From positions 1-59,321 of the IMG/VR virus record IMGVR_UViG_3300022719_000028: a stretch of DNA of 59,321 nucleotides; one strand, given 5' to 3'. This DNA comes from a virus. This document shows positions 30,858 through 39,484 of the stretch, piece after piece (position 1 is the stretch's first letter; each line of letters opens with the position of its first letter). The translations under genes and the position numbers were made by a program. The notes beneath the pieces are model-generated. The model did no database searches and was not told where the DNA came from. It saw nothing but the letters and a program-made list of their open reading frames with translations.

Positions 30858-32297
30858 ATGATTCAGGAATTTTTGGACGATATTGAAGCCGAGATTGCGA
30901 GAATTTCGGCAAATTACCTATTGCGGAACGAAGGGCCGATTCCACCGCATATCGGGTTAGTTCTCGAATTATGGGCAACGATCCGCGATGAAGTATCAAA
31001 TTCGGCCCGGATCTTGGGGCAAGGCGGCGATTCGACGGGCGAAGATGATAAAACGGGCGCAGAAACGCCGGAAGCCGATACGGGCGAATCTGGGGCTTCT
31101 GACGGCGAGTCGCAAAAAGTTGAACGATTGACGTTATACGGGGCATTCATTACGCATTGCCCGAAATGCAAGAAGCGAACGCCGTTTGATGTTCATTTTG
31201 TGGATCTGGAAAGATTCGTGAAATTCTCGATTGATCTTGAATCGTTTCGGATTGTCGCGAGAACAGGCCGGAACGCTGGTTTTCAAGTCATTTCGGCTTA
31301 TCCGGAAGAATACTATTGCGGCGAATGCTGCACGAAATTCGAAATCGACGATTTCAACCGGGCTTACAAATGGGAACTTCCAACGGCGGGAAGCTTGGAA
31401 CGGTCGGAACCGGCGAACGCGATACACTCGGCAAAACACGCAAAGCATTCGATCAAATGCCCGTCATGCGGGAAGAATAAGAAGTTTGAAGCGATATGGG
31501 AAAAGCCGATTGCCGGGGCGGAACGGCTGGAGTTCAATGACGGCGGCATTCCGACATATTACGGCGATGTTTGGCAATACGTTCCGGAAAAGATGAAATG
31601 CCCGCAATGCGAATATCTTGTTTCAACCGAAGCGTTTTGCGCGGGGAAATCCGAACCGGATGATTTCTTTGAAGGAATCAAAAAGCTGGATGAAATCTTG
31701 GCCGAAACCAACGCAACAAACGAAAAGCCGGCGGAAGGCAATGAAGGAACCGGCGAAGCGAAACCGCCGGAAGGCGCTATTTCGCATGAAATCGGGGAAG
31801 GGATACCGGCAAGCGAACCGGGCCGGGCAAGCAAAGGCGCAAAAGGCGACGATGAAGGCGCGGAAATCTTGCCGGCGTATTCAAGCCGATGCCGTCATTG
31901 TGGAAGCGAAAACGCCGATACCGGGAAAAAGATACCTGTTGAAACTTGGAACGGAAAGGAAATGGTTTCCGATGAAGCGATTGCGGTTTTACCGCATTCG
32001 TTTTTGACTTGCATAGAATGCGGGGCGGTTTACAAACAGGAAATTCCAAAACCGGCAACGCTCGAAAGGTTATCGAATAAGATTCAAACAACGAAAACGC
32101 CGGAAGCTATGGCGGTTGTTCTCTCGAAAACTTTTTTCCGATATCTCACGGAACCTTATCAGGGAACAACAACGCGCGAAAGTTCCGATATGTATCAAAG
32201 ATCGGTTTTTCGAGTTTGCCGAATCATCAACGATTTGTTTGATGGGCGGATTGAATTCAAAGTTCCGGAAAGCAAAACACCGGATCGGATCGATTAG
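30858..32297 (+). CDS. protein with three tandem double-CxxC (zinc-ribbon) modules
   Basis: CPKCKK..CGEC, then CPSCGK..CPQC, then CRHCGS..CIEC, each pair about 40-50 residues apart. GAAAGGCAAAAAG-ATG RBS. Confidence 0.6.
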   Translation: MIQEFLDDIEAEIARISANYLLRNEGPIPPHIGLVLELWATIRDEVSNSARILGQGGDSTGEDDKTGAETPEADTGESGASDGESQKVERLTLYGAFITHCPKCKKRTPFDVHFVDLERFVKFSIDLESFRIVARTGRNAGFQVISAYPEEYYCGECCTKFEIDDFNRAYKWELPTAGSLERSEPANAIHSAKHAKHSIKCPSCGKNKKFEAIWEKPIAGAERLEFNDGGIPTYYGDVWQYVPEKMKCPQCEYLVSTEAFCAGKSEPDDFFEGIKKLDEILAETNATNEKPAEGNEGTGEAKPPEGAISHEIGEGIPASEPGRASKGAKGDDEGAEILPAYSSRCRHCGSENADTGKKIPVETWNGKEMVSDEAIAVLPHSFLTCIECGAVYKQEIPKPATLERLSNKIQTTKTPEAMAVVLSKTFFRYLTEPYQGTTTRESSDMYQRSVFRVCRIINDLFDGRIEFKVPESKTPDRID

Positions 32298-32366
32298 AAA
32301 AAGGCTTGAACAACTGAATTCAGTTCAGTAAGAATAAGGGCCGAACATGCCCGTTCGCTTTTACCT

Positions 32367-32389
32367 CTTTGGGGGTATGGGGGCGGGTT
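32367..32389 (+). promoter_or_regulatory. G-rich box CTTTGGGGGTATGGGGGCGGGTT at the head of the 32390-43458 gene string
   Basis: Similar to 6571-6590. Its 3' 11-mer GGGGGCGGGTT recurs at 48184-48194. Confidence 0.3.
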
Positions 32390-32551
32390 ATGTTTTTACG
32401 GCGATATTTGATTGAAACGGCTGACGGCAAACAAAGCGAAATCGTTGCGCGGGATTGGATCGAAGCGGAATTGATAATTGAAATCCGCAACCGGGGCGAA
32501 CGAATCGTTCGGCTTGTCTATCGGCCGGAAGAAATGAAAGGCGCGGAATGA
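32390..32551 (+). CDS. hypothetical protein (53 aa)
   Basis: ATG 32390 within ORF 32369-32551. Confidence 0.4.
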   Translation: MFLRRYLIETADGKQSEIVARDWIEAELIIEIRNRGERIVRLVYRPEEMKGAE

Positions 32552-33231
32552 TGAATGATGCGACTGAAAACAAACGGCTTGAATCTTTGTTGAAGGCCGT
32601 TCGGACGTTGGCGAACTCGATTACCGAAGATCCCGTTTCTGCGCCGGATGGTTGTTATTGCAATCCGGGCGAATGCACGGATGAAGATCCGAGTTGCTTG
32701 GAACGGGCGGCGCGGGTTGCAATTGACGAAATCAAAAAGGCGTTTGAATTTGAAGTTCGATCAACAACGCCGGGGCGGCTTTCAAACTTTCCCGAATTTG
32801 TTTTTGTCGATGAATGGGACAAACAGAACAAGCGGGAACCGGGAATCAATTACGGAATCCGAACGCTTGAATTTCTTGGGGCGATGCAAGGCGAAACGCA
32901 TCGAATCATTACGCAACGCGAAGCCGATATTGCAACGGCCGTTTTGCAATGGCTTGGAACCAATTGCGGCGGGGCGTTTCTGGCAACATGCGAAAGGCGG
33001 ATTCGGGATGCCCGCGATTCTCAGTCAATAACATGGGACGCGCAGCGGCGGCGTTATGTGAGGGAAGGGGCGAACGCAAAGCCGGATCGAATTGCAGTTG
33101 AAGCCGAACGCATCGCGGTTCAGTATATCAATTCTGCGAGTAAAACCGACAAAGGCGCGAACGCATCGTTTCTTTCGCTTGCCGAAGATATTGAAGCGGC
33201 AATGCGGGCCGTCATTGAAAGCGAACGATGA
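32548..33231 (+). CDS. hypothetical protein (227 aa)
   Basis: GAAAGGCGCGGA-ATG RBS. Confidence 0.55.
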   Translation: MMNDATENKRLESLLKAVRTLANSITEDPVSAPDGCYCNPGECTDEDPSCLERAARVAIDEIKKAFEFEVRSTTPGRLSNFPEFVFVDEWDKQNKREPGINYGIRTLEFLGAMQGETHRIITQREADIATAVLQWLGTNCGGAFLATCERRIRDARDSQSITWDAQRRRYVREGANAKPDRIAVEAERIAVQYINSASKTDKGANASFLSLAEDIEAAMRAVIESER

Positions 33232-33401
33232 ACGAAACGACCGAACCAACGGAACCGAAGCTTTCGGTTGAACAGGCGAAGATCCTGCAAGATGCAATGA
33301 AGCGGCTTCGCGATAAACAAGAAAACTTGAAACGAATGAATTCCGGCACGTTGCCGAATTCGCTTGGTAGTTTACTCGGAAAAGGGAAAAAGGCGCAATG
33401 A
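33228..33401 (+). CDS. small hypothetical protein (57 aa), not in the supplied ORF track
   Basis: MNETTEPTEPKLSVEQAKILQDAMKRLRDKQENLKRMNSGTLPNSLGSLLGKGKKAQ. ATGA overlaps at both ends fill the gap exactly. Confidence 0.5.
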   Translation: MNETTEPTEPKLSVEQAKILQDAMKRLRDKQENLKRMNSGTLPNSLGSLLGKGKKAQ

Positions 33402-34039
33402 GTGATTTGGTTACGAAGGCGGCGCAAGATGCCGTTGATTTGCAAGATTTGTTTTGGTTGTTGGTTGATCAACATTCCGACATTCGCGGGCATATGGAAA
33501 CGCTATCGAACGCGGCGGCGAACTCCGGAAACGTTACGGAACTTGGCGTTCGTTACGGCGTTTCAACCGTTTGTTTTCTTCATGGCTTATCATGCCGGGG
33601 CAATGGAACGTTGCGTTCTTACGATGTGAATGATTGGCCGGCGATGGATTTGATCAAACCGTTCATTCCGGCGGGCGTTGATTTCCATTTTGAAAAGGCC
33701 GATTCGCGTGAAATCGAAATCGATCAAACGAATACGTTGTTCATCGATACGCGGCACGATGCGGAAATTGCGATGATCGAACTTCAACGGCATGCGTTCA
33801 AAGTCAATCAAACGATCATCATGCACGATACGGAACCGTTCGGCATCAACGGCGAAACGGAAGGGCCGGGGCATGGCTTGAAATTGGCGGTTGGCGATTT
33901 CCTGTTGAACAATCATATTGAATGGGAGATCTTCAAACATTTGACGAACGATAACGGGCTGACGATTTTCAACCGATGCGATTTCAATCCGGGGCGATTG
34001 TCCGAAAAAGAGTTGCGGGAACGGGCCGGCTTGGAATAG
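33398..34039 (+). CDS. class I SAM-dependent methyltransferase (Methyltransf_24/O-methyltransferase-like)
   Basis: VTELGVRYGVST..., LRSYDVN, LFIDTRHD, IIMHD pattern. Confidence 0.55.
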   Translation: MSDLVTKAAQDAVDLQDLFWLLVDQHSDIRGHMETLSNAAANSGNVTELGVRYGVSTVCFLHGLSCRGNGTLRSYDVNDWPAMDLIKPFIPAGVDFHFEKADSREIEIDQTNTLFIDTRHDAEIAMIELQRHAFKVNQTIIMHDTEPFGINGETEGPGHGLKLAVGDFLLNNHIEWEIFKHLTNDNGLTIFNRCDFNPGRLSEKELRERAGLE

Positions 34040-34071
34040 GCTGACGGCGGGCGGAATTGAAAGGCGAATGA

Positions 34072-34443
34072 ATGCAAGGCTTTATTGTGGAATCGAATGA
34101 CGGCGAACCGGTCAAGATACCGATTCAAAACATCGTCATTCATTTCACGCTTTCAACGCAACCATTGACGGAAGCGATTGAAAAGGCCCGCAAGGCTTTC
34201 GAATCTTTTGCCGTTCAAATATCGGCTTCCGAGTTGGAACGCATCAACGAAGCGATGCGGGCGATTCTCGAAAGGCTGGAAAAGCAACGGGCGATAATTC
34301 AAGAGGATCCCGAATTCCTCGCATACCAACGTTCGCTTTGGATACAACCGCGCGAAGTGAAGCCGGCGCGGCAATGGACGCATCCGCAAGCCGGCGAATA
34401 TCTGAGATTGAAAAAACAAGTTCCGAATCTTGGGAAGCCTTAG
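34072..34443 (+). CDS. hypothetical protein (123 aa)
   Basis: GAAAGGCGAATGA-ATG RBS. Confidence 0.5.
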   Translation: MQGFIVESNDGEPVKIPIQNIVIHFTLSTQPLTEAIEKARKAFESFAVQISASELERINEAMRAILERLEKQRAIIQEDPEFLAYQRSLWIQPREVKPARQWTHPQAGEYLRLKKQVPNLGKP

Positions 34444-34557
34444 CGCCTGCAAGGCCCGGACGCGGGCCGCATGGCGTTTCTTTATTGAAAGGGAAGATAT
34501 GCTGGAAAACTGAAATGGGTTGTTTATGCGGCGTTTGGGGGCGTTGTCGCAATCGCG

Positions 34558-34782
34558 ATGAATGTTGTTGCCGTTCTGGTTTGGAACTTGGCAACCAAGA
34601 TTTCAACCGCGTTGTTCGGCAACATTGACGGCTTCGCATTATTCGCTTCGAATGTAATGGTTGAAGTTGCGATTCTGGCAATGCTTCTCGGCGTATCATT
34701 AACCGGGTTGGTTATGGTGTTGTTCGTTCGCGAGTTCCGAAAAGAATTAAATAAATCAAAGGCGCAAAAATCCGATGAATGA
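34558..34782 (+). CDS. small membrane protein (2 TM)
   Basis: Hydrophobic segments VVAVLVWNL.. and VAILAMLLGVSLTGLVMVLFV. The frame is open and hydrophobic upstream to 34489 without a canonical start. Confidence 0.45.
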   Translation: MNVVAVLVWNLATKISTALFGNIDGFALFASNVMVEVAILAMLLGVSLTGLVMVLFVREFRKELNKSKAQKSDE

Positions 34783-35050
34783 AAAAACTGAAACAAGAGA
34801 ATTGCAACCGGTTCATCTTTGCCGGCATACGAAGTTCCGAAGCAATGCGAATATCAACGTTGCACGCGCTTCGGATGATGGGCCGGCGGAAGCGTTACAA
34901 GCGAACGTTTCCATATGGTGCGTTGATTGCGGGCATTTCTTTGATATCGCTTCGGCTTCGCCTTATACGCGGGGCGTGATGTTGGATCTTGAATTGCCCG
35001 AACAACCGAATTTGAAATTTGAAGGGCCGGAACCTCGCGTTGAACAATGA
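34775..35050 (+). CDS. hypothetical protein (91 aa) with split Cys pairs
   Basis: 8-nt overlap upstream and ATGA overlap downstream. Confidence 0.45.
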   Translation: MNEKTETRELQPVHLCRHTKFRSNANINVARASDDGPAEALQANVSIWCVDCGHFFDIASASPYTRGVMLDLELPEQPNLKFEGPEPRVEQ

Positions 35051-35526
35051 CAAAAAAGAAACAACAAACAGAAACCGAAATCATTGACGTTAAGGGTTCA
35101 CGCGATGCAACGCGGCTTTTGCAAGCCGTATCGGATCCGCGCTTTGAAATGCCCGATGCGTTTTATAAGGAAGGGCCGCGCAAGGTTTGGGAGATTGTGC
35201 AAAAGATGCTTTCGGGCGAATGGAAAGGCCCGAATGATCGGCCCGCAAGCGCTTCGGCGATTCGTCGAATGATGGGCGTATTGCTGGAAATGGATGCCGT
35301 GAACAGGGGCAAACATCGCAACGGCGTTCCATCGATTGATGATGATTCGGAAGCCGTTACGCAAATTCGGGCTGACGTTGATTTGAAAGTTGCTGTATCA
35401 TTGGTTTCTGAATTGCCGGAAACGGAAAGGGAACTTCTATCGAAAGCGGCCGAATTGATGGATCGCTTACAACAACAGGCAATCGAAAACGAAGGGGCGA
35501 ACATCGAACAAAAAACGGAAGGGTAA
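35047..35526 (+). CDS. terminase small subunit candidate
   Basis: Called by position only (immediately upstream of TerL, 159 aa, basic N-terminus). Confidence 0.4.
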   Translation: MTKKKQQTETEIIDVKGSRDATRLLQAVSDPRFEMPDAFYKEGPRKVWEIVQKMLSGEWKGPNDRPASASAIRRMMGVLLEMDAVNRGKHRNGVPSIDDDSEAVTQIRADVDLKVAVSLVSELPETERELLSKAAELMDRLQQQAIENEGANIEQKTEG

Positions 35527-35529
35527 GGC

Positions 35530-37305
35530 ATGGCAACGGATTCGCTTGAAGCTTTACAACAACCGTTTTCGGCTGACATTCTTACGGCGATAAGGTTAGC
35601 GCCGGCAATCCAACAATGCCGGGAAGGAAAGCCGTTGCCGTTGATCCGGGAACTATGGCCGAAGATTCGCTTGGACGATTTTCAAGTTGATGCGATTGAA
35701 TCGCTTTTCAATCCGAAGATTCGCGAAGTTTTCATCAAAGGCAATACGGGTTGCGGGAAAACCGCGATTGCCGGAATTGCCGTTTGTCTTTACTTCCAAG
35801 TTTTTGATGATGCCCGGATTGTTTTGACTCGCGACAAATTCGATACGGCGAAGAAAATTCTTTTCGGCGAATGCGTTTCATGGTGGAAGCGAATGCGTTT
35901 CACGCTGACGGATGCCGTTGTTCTGGCGAATGAAATTTACGATCCGAACAACCGCGAAGGGCATTACGTTTTGATTGCAAATCCGAAAACGCCGGAAGGA
36001 TTTCAAGGCGTTCACTCTCCGCATGTTTTGCACGTTTACGATGAAGCAACGGCCGATGTTCTGCAACCGCGCTACAAACTCAGTTCAACGCAAGCAACTT
36101 CATTCTTGGCTATGGGGAATCCGCGCGTAACAAGCGGCGAATTTTACCGGGCATTTCCAAAGGGCCGGGAGAATGAAACGCATACGTTCAACGGGCCGAA
36201 CGGACGGCGGCGGCTGATTACCGTTGACGGCGAAGATTGCTTGAACGTTCGGAAGAAATGTTTGAAGAAATCGATTGCGCCGATGGGCGGCATTATTATC
36301 GACGGGCGGGAATACAAAGCCGGCGAAGATATCGAACCGGAAGATTTCAAAAAGGCATCGCCGATCATTCCGGGGCAAACTTGTTTTGATGAATATATTG
36401 CTTTGCTGGCGAATCCGGATCCTGATTTCGTTGCCTGTTATGCGCATGGGAAGTTTCCGGAAGCCGATACCGAAGTTCAACTTTTCGTTCGCAAATGGAT
36501 CTCGCATGTTCAACAACAACATTCGCGATTCATGCGGCTTTTGGAACGGGCCGAAAAAGATCATACAAACGTTTTTAATTGGTTGTTGAATAAGCGGTTG
36601 CCTGTTGAGGCGTTCGGGCTGGACGTTGCGGCAAGCGAAGTCAAAGGCGATTGGAGCGTTTTAACGGCCGGCGGCCGGCATGGCGTTCGTAAGCAACATC
36701 GAACGCAAAAGGCGAACGTGATGCGAACAACGGCTTGGACAATCAAAACCATTCGCGACGAATACGGCATTGATATCACGGACGGCAACGAACCGATTTG
36801 CATTGACTACGGCGGCGGATACGGGCGGGGCGTTGGCGATAGGCTGGAAGAATTGGGCGCGTTCGTTATTAAGTTCGTTCCGAATGCGACAAGCGAAATC
36901 AATCCGAAGAAATATAAGAATTTGAGAGTTGAGGCATACGCCGAACTCGCGAACCGGTTGGATCCGGATGCGATTCAAGCCGGCGAAGTTTCGGAAGAAT
37001 TGCTTGAACGGATCGATGCGGAAAAAGATGATTCAAGAATTTTGCGGATGCCTGATTTCCTATTGCCGGAATCAAATCGATTGTTCGAAGATCTTGCCGT
37101 TCTCGAAAAGATCTATGATTCCGATGCCTTTAAGTTTAATCTGACACCGAAGCGAACCGCGCCGGGGCATGAAGAAAAGATTGAATCAATCGAAAAGCGG
37201 CTTGGGCGTTCTCCGGATGACGGGGATTCGGTTTCTTATATGTTTCATGCGTTACCGCATATCAAAGATTCGCTTTCGGAATGGTTGGATGCCGGGGCGT
37301 TTTAA
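35530..37305 (+). CDS. terL: terminase large subunit
   Basis: Walker A IKGNTGCGKTAI. Walker B VLHVYDEAT. Size 591 aa. C-terminal nuclease-like half. Confidence 0.85.
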   Translation: MATDSLEALQQPFSADILTAIRLAPAIQQCREGKPLPLIRELWPKIRLDDFQVDAIESLFNPKIREVFIKGNTGCGKTAIAGIAVCLYFQVFDDARIVLTRDKFDTAKKILFGECVSWWKRMRFTLTDAVVLANEIYDPNNREGHYVLIANPKTPEGFQGVHSPHVLHVYDEATADVLQPRYKLSSTQATSFLAMGNPRVTSGEFYRAFPKGRENETHTFNGPNGRRRLITVDGEDCLNVRKKCLKKSIAPMGGIIIDGREYKAGEDIEPEDFKKASPIIPGQTCFDEYIALLANPDPDFVACYAHGKFPEADTEVQLFVRKWISHVQQQHSRFMRLLERAEKDHTNVFNWLLNKRLPVEAFGLDVAASEVKGDWSVLTAGGRHGVRKQHRTQKANVMRTTAWTIKTIRDEYGIDITDGNEPICIDYGGGYGRGVGDRLEELGAFVIKFVPNATSEINPKKYKNLRVEAYAELANRLDPDAIQAGEVSEELLERIDAEKDDSRILRMPDFLLPESNRLFEDLAVLEKIYDSDAFKFNLTPKRTAPGHEEKIESIEKRLGRSPDDGDSVSYMFHALPHIKDSLSEWLDAGAF

Positions 37306-37316
37306 GGGAAGATCAA

Positions 37317-37601
37317 ATGACGATCAAAGCAAAGTTGACGGATGATGCAAGCGCGGATAACCGGGCCGGCGTTTATCAGTTCTCACAAAATAAAGACGGC
37401 GGCAAAGCCGGGTTGATTTTGCGTTGTCCGGGATGCAAAGAACTTTCGTTTCTTCCGTTTCGTTCTGGCATTCACTCGGAAGAATGGGATTTGTTGAATG
37501 AAGATCCGATTGAAATAACGCCGTCGATCAATCACGATAAAGCGCTTGGCGGTTGCGGCTGGCATGGCTGGTTGAAGAATGGGGAATTCACGCGGGTTTG
37601 A
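37317..37601 (+). CDS. DUF6527-like small Cys/His protein (paralogue of 40990-41325)
   Basis: CPGC ... EWDLLNEDPIEITPSIN ... GCGWHGWLKNGEF. Confidence 0.45.
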   Translation: MTIKAKLTDDASADNRAGVYQFSQNKDGGKAGLILRCPGCKELSFLPFRSGIHSEEWDLLNEDPIEITPSINHDKALGGCGWHGWLKNGEFTRV

Positions 37602-37603
37602 TC

Positions 37604-37873
37604 ATGGGCCGGAATCCACCACCACCACCGAAAAGGGAAAGCATGGGCGCAAGAATTCCACCGATGGAAGGCATCACATTTCAACCGTTGGGAAGGCCGG
37701 CGAATTGTCCGGGTTGCGGCGCGCCGACTCCGGACGCGGGCGGTTGTAAGTATTGCGGCCGTTCAATGATTCAATCGGCCGATATGATCGAAAAGACGAA
37801 ACAGGAATTTTATAAACGATACGGAATCCCGAAACGCTTGGTTGATGGTACAACTTCGGGCGGGCCGGGATAG
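37604..37873 (+). CDS. Pro-rich / zinc-ribbon small protein (89 aa)
   Basis: NPPPPPK, then CPGCG ... CKYCG. Confidence 0.45.
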   Translation: MGRNPPPPPKRESMGARIPPMEGITFQPLGRPANCPGCGAPTPDAGGCKYCGRSMIQSADMIEKTKQEFYKRYGIPKRLVDGTTSGGPG

Positions 37874-37896
37874 CTTCAACAAACGAAAGGCACGGA

Positions 37897-38238
37897 ATGA
37901 AAACCATTATCACGCATCCGAACAACGTTAAGTTTTTGAGGGAACAACTTGAAGGCGGTTCGCTATTTGAAGGGCAACCGTTGTTCGGGATCCCGATTCA
38001 AACAAATCCGTTCATCAAAGAAACTCGTTTGACTGGCAATTACATTTTGCCGAACGGCGATGTTGTTGAACCTTTCAGCGAATGGAAGATTGAAACGCGG
38101 TTCATTGATTACGGGCCGGAAGATCTCGATTATCTTCTGAAAGCTGGTATTGTGAAGCCGGAACGGGTTCGCGAATACTACGTTGCCGATACGAACGGAT
38201 TCGATTTGATCCGTTCGCCATTTATGCAATTGACTTGA
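37897..38238 (+). CDS. hypothetical protein (113 aa)
   Basis: Early-type RBS GAAAGGCACGGA-ATG. Confidence 0.55.
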   Translation: MKTIITHPNNVKFLREQLEGGSLFEGQPLFGIPIQTNPFIKETRLTGNYILPNGDVVEPFSEWKIETRFIDYGPEDLDYLLKAGIVKPERVREYYVADTNGFDLIRSPFMQLT

Positions 38239-38251
38239 AAGGCGCAAAAAG

Positions 38252-38896
38252 ATGAATTCAGAGTTTCCACAAATCACCGCATCAAATCGGGATTGGTTGA
38301 AATTTCAAAAGTATCTTCCGGAAGAAAAGCGGCAGAATCATGTTTATATCGCTTTCAAAAATCCAATGCCCGAACAACTTACCGGGCAATTTCTTCGCGT
38401 TCATATGACGCGGGAACGGCTGGAAGATTCGGAGGAAAATTTCTATAAGCCGGAAATTTTTCAACCGACGCGAACGAAAGAAAAAGTTCTTTGCCCGGAA
38501 TGCGGTCAAGCCGAAGAGCGCGTTGATCCGAACCTTTCGTTTTGTCGAAATCCGAAATGCAAGTTTCAAAATCGCGGGCATGTTGCCGGGCCGGTTCGCG
38601 GCGTTACCGAAGTTCTTACGTTTCCGGATCATGTTGCAACCGTTGCCAAGAAAACGATTGATGTTCCCGTTATCGATAGTCAAACGGCATTCTTCTCGGA
38701 TGTTCTGGAAGGAAAGAAAAGCGTTGACGAAATATCGAAGCGGGCAACCGAATTCCAAAAAGAAACGATTGACGTTCCAATGATGAACGCTTGCGTTTTG
38801 CTTTTGGATCGGCGTTACGATGAAGCGGCGTTGATTGAAATCATTCACACTTGCGGCCTATTGTGTGATGAACTCGGCTATCCGATGAAGAATTGA
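38252..38896 (+). CDS. hypothetical zinc-ribbon protein (214 aa)
   Basis: CPECGQ ... CRNPKC. GAAAGGCGCAAAAAG-ATG RBS. Confidence 0.55.
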   Translation: MNSEFPQITASNRDWLKFQKYLPEEKRQNHVYIAFKNPMPEQLTGQFLRVHMTRERLEDSEENFYKPEIFQPTRTKEKVLCPECGQAEERVDPNLSFCRNPKCKFQNRGHVAGPVRGVTEVLTFPDHVATVAKKTIDVPVIDSQTAFFSDVLEGKKSVDEISKRATEFQKETIDVPMMNACVLLLDRRYDEAALIEIIHTCGLLCDELGYPMKN

Positions 38897-38902
38897 ATCC
38901 GC

Positions 38903-39169
38903 ATGGTTGTTGATTTGAATGATTATGATGTTCCGTATTTCCCGGATCCTGACGAACCGCATCTTGTGGAGTTCGCCGGCGGCCCGCGATGCGGGGAACA
39001 ATGGTGGATTCGCGGATTGCCGATGGTGCTTTATGTCAACGCTTGCAAATGCGTTTCGATGGATGAAGCGGGAACAATGATCAAACCAAAGTTTTCGGTT
39101 CACGTTTACCGGCGGCGCGAAGTTGAATTCAATCGTTTTGTTTATCGATATGAAGGGGAACGGGGCTAA
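38903..39169 (+). CDS. hypothetical protein (88 aa)
   Basis: ORF only. Confidence 0.4.
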   Translation: MVVDLNDYDVPYFPDPDEPHLVEFAGGPRCGEQWWIRGLPMVLYVNACKCVSMDEAGTMIKPKFSVHVYRRREVEFNRFVYRYEGERG

Positions 39170-39170
39170 C

Positions 39171-39470
39171 ATGGCGCGACGGCGAAAGAAGAAAAAGTTC
39201 AGTTTGAAAGAAATGTTGCGGGCATGGATCGAACCGAAAGCGATGTTGCGTTATCGGTTGCGACGGGCCGAAGCCAAGCGGCGGGCGGCTGAAAATGCCT
39301 TGAAACTGAAAGAACAGGAAAACGCCGGGCTGCGAATTCAACTTGAAAGTTTTGTTGATTTCGTCGATGCTTTCGCATGGCGACAACGGGCGGCCGGGGC
39401 CGAAGATAAAACAATTGCCGAATCAATTAAAAAAGCCGGGGAGTTGGAACGCAAACAATCCCCGCAATGA
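39171..39470 (+). CDS. hypothetical basic coiled-coil protein (99 aa)
   Basis: MARRRKKKKF N-terminus. ATG 39171 follows the previous stop directly. Confidence 0.45.
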   Translation: MARRRKKKKFSLKEMLRAWIEPKAMLRYRLRRAEAKRRAAENALKLKEQENAGLRIQLESFVDFVDAFAWRQRAAGAEDKTIAESIKKAGELERKQSPQ

Positions 39471-39484
39471 ACGGGGATGTTTGA

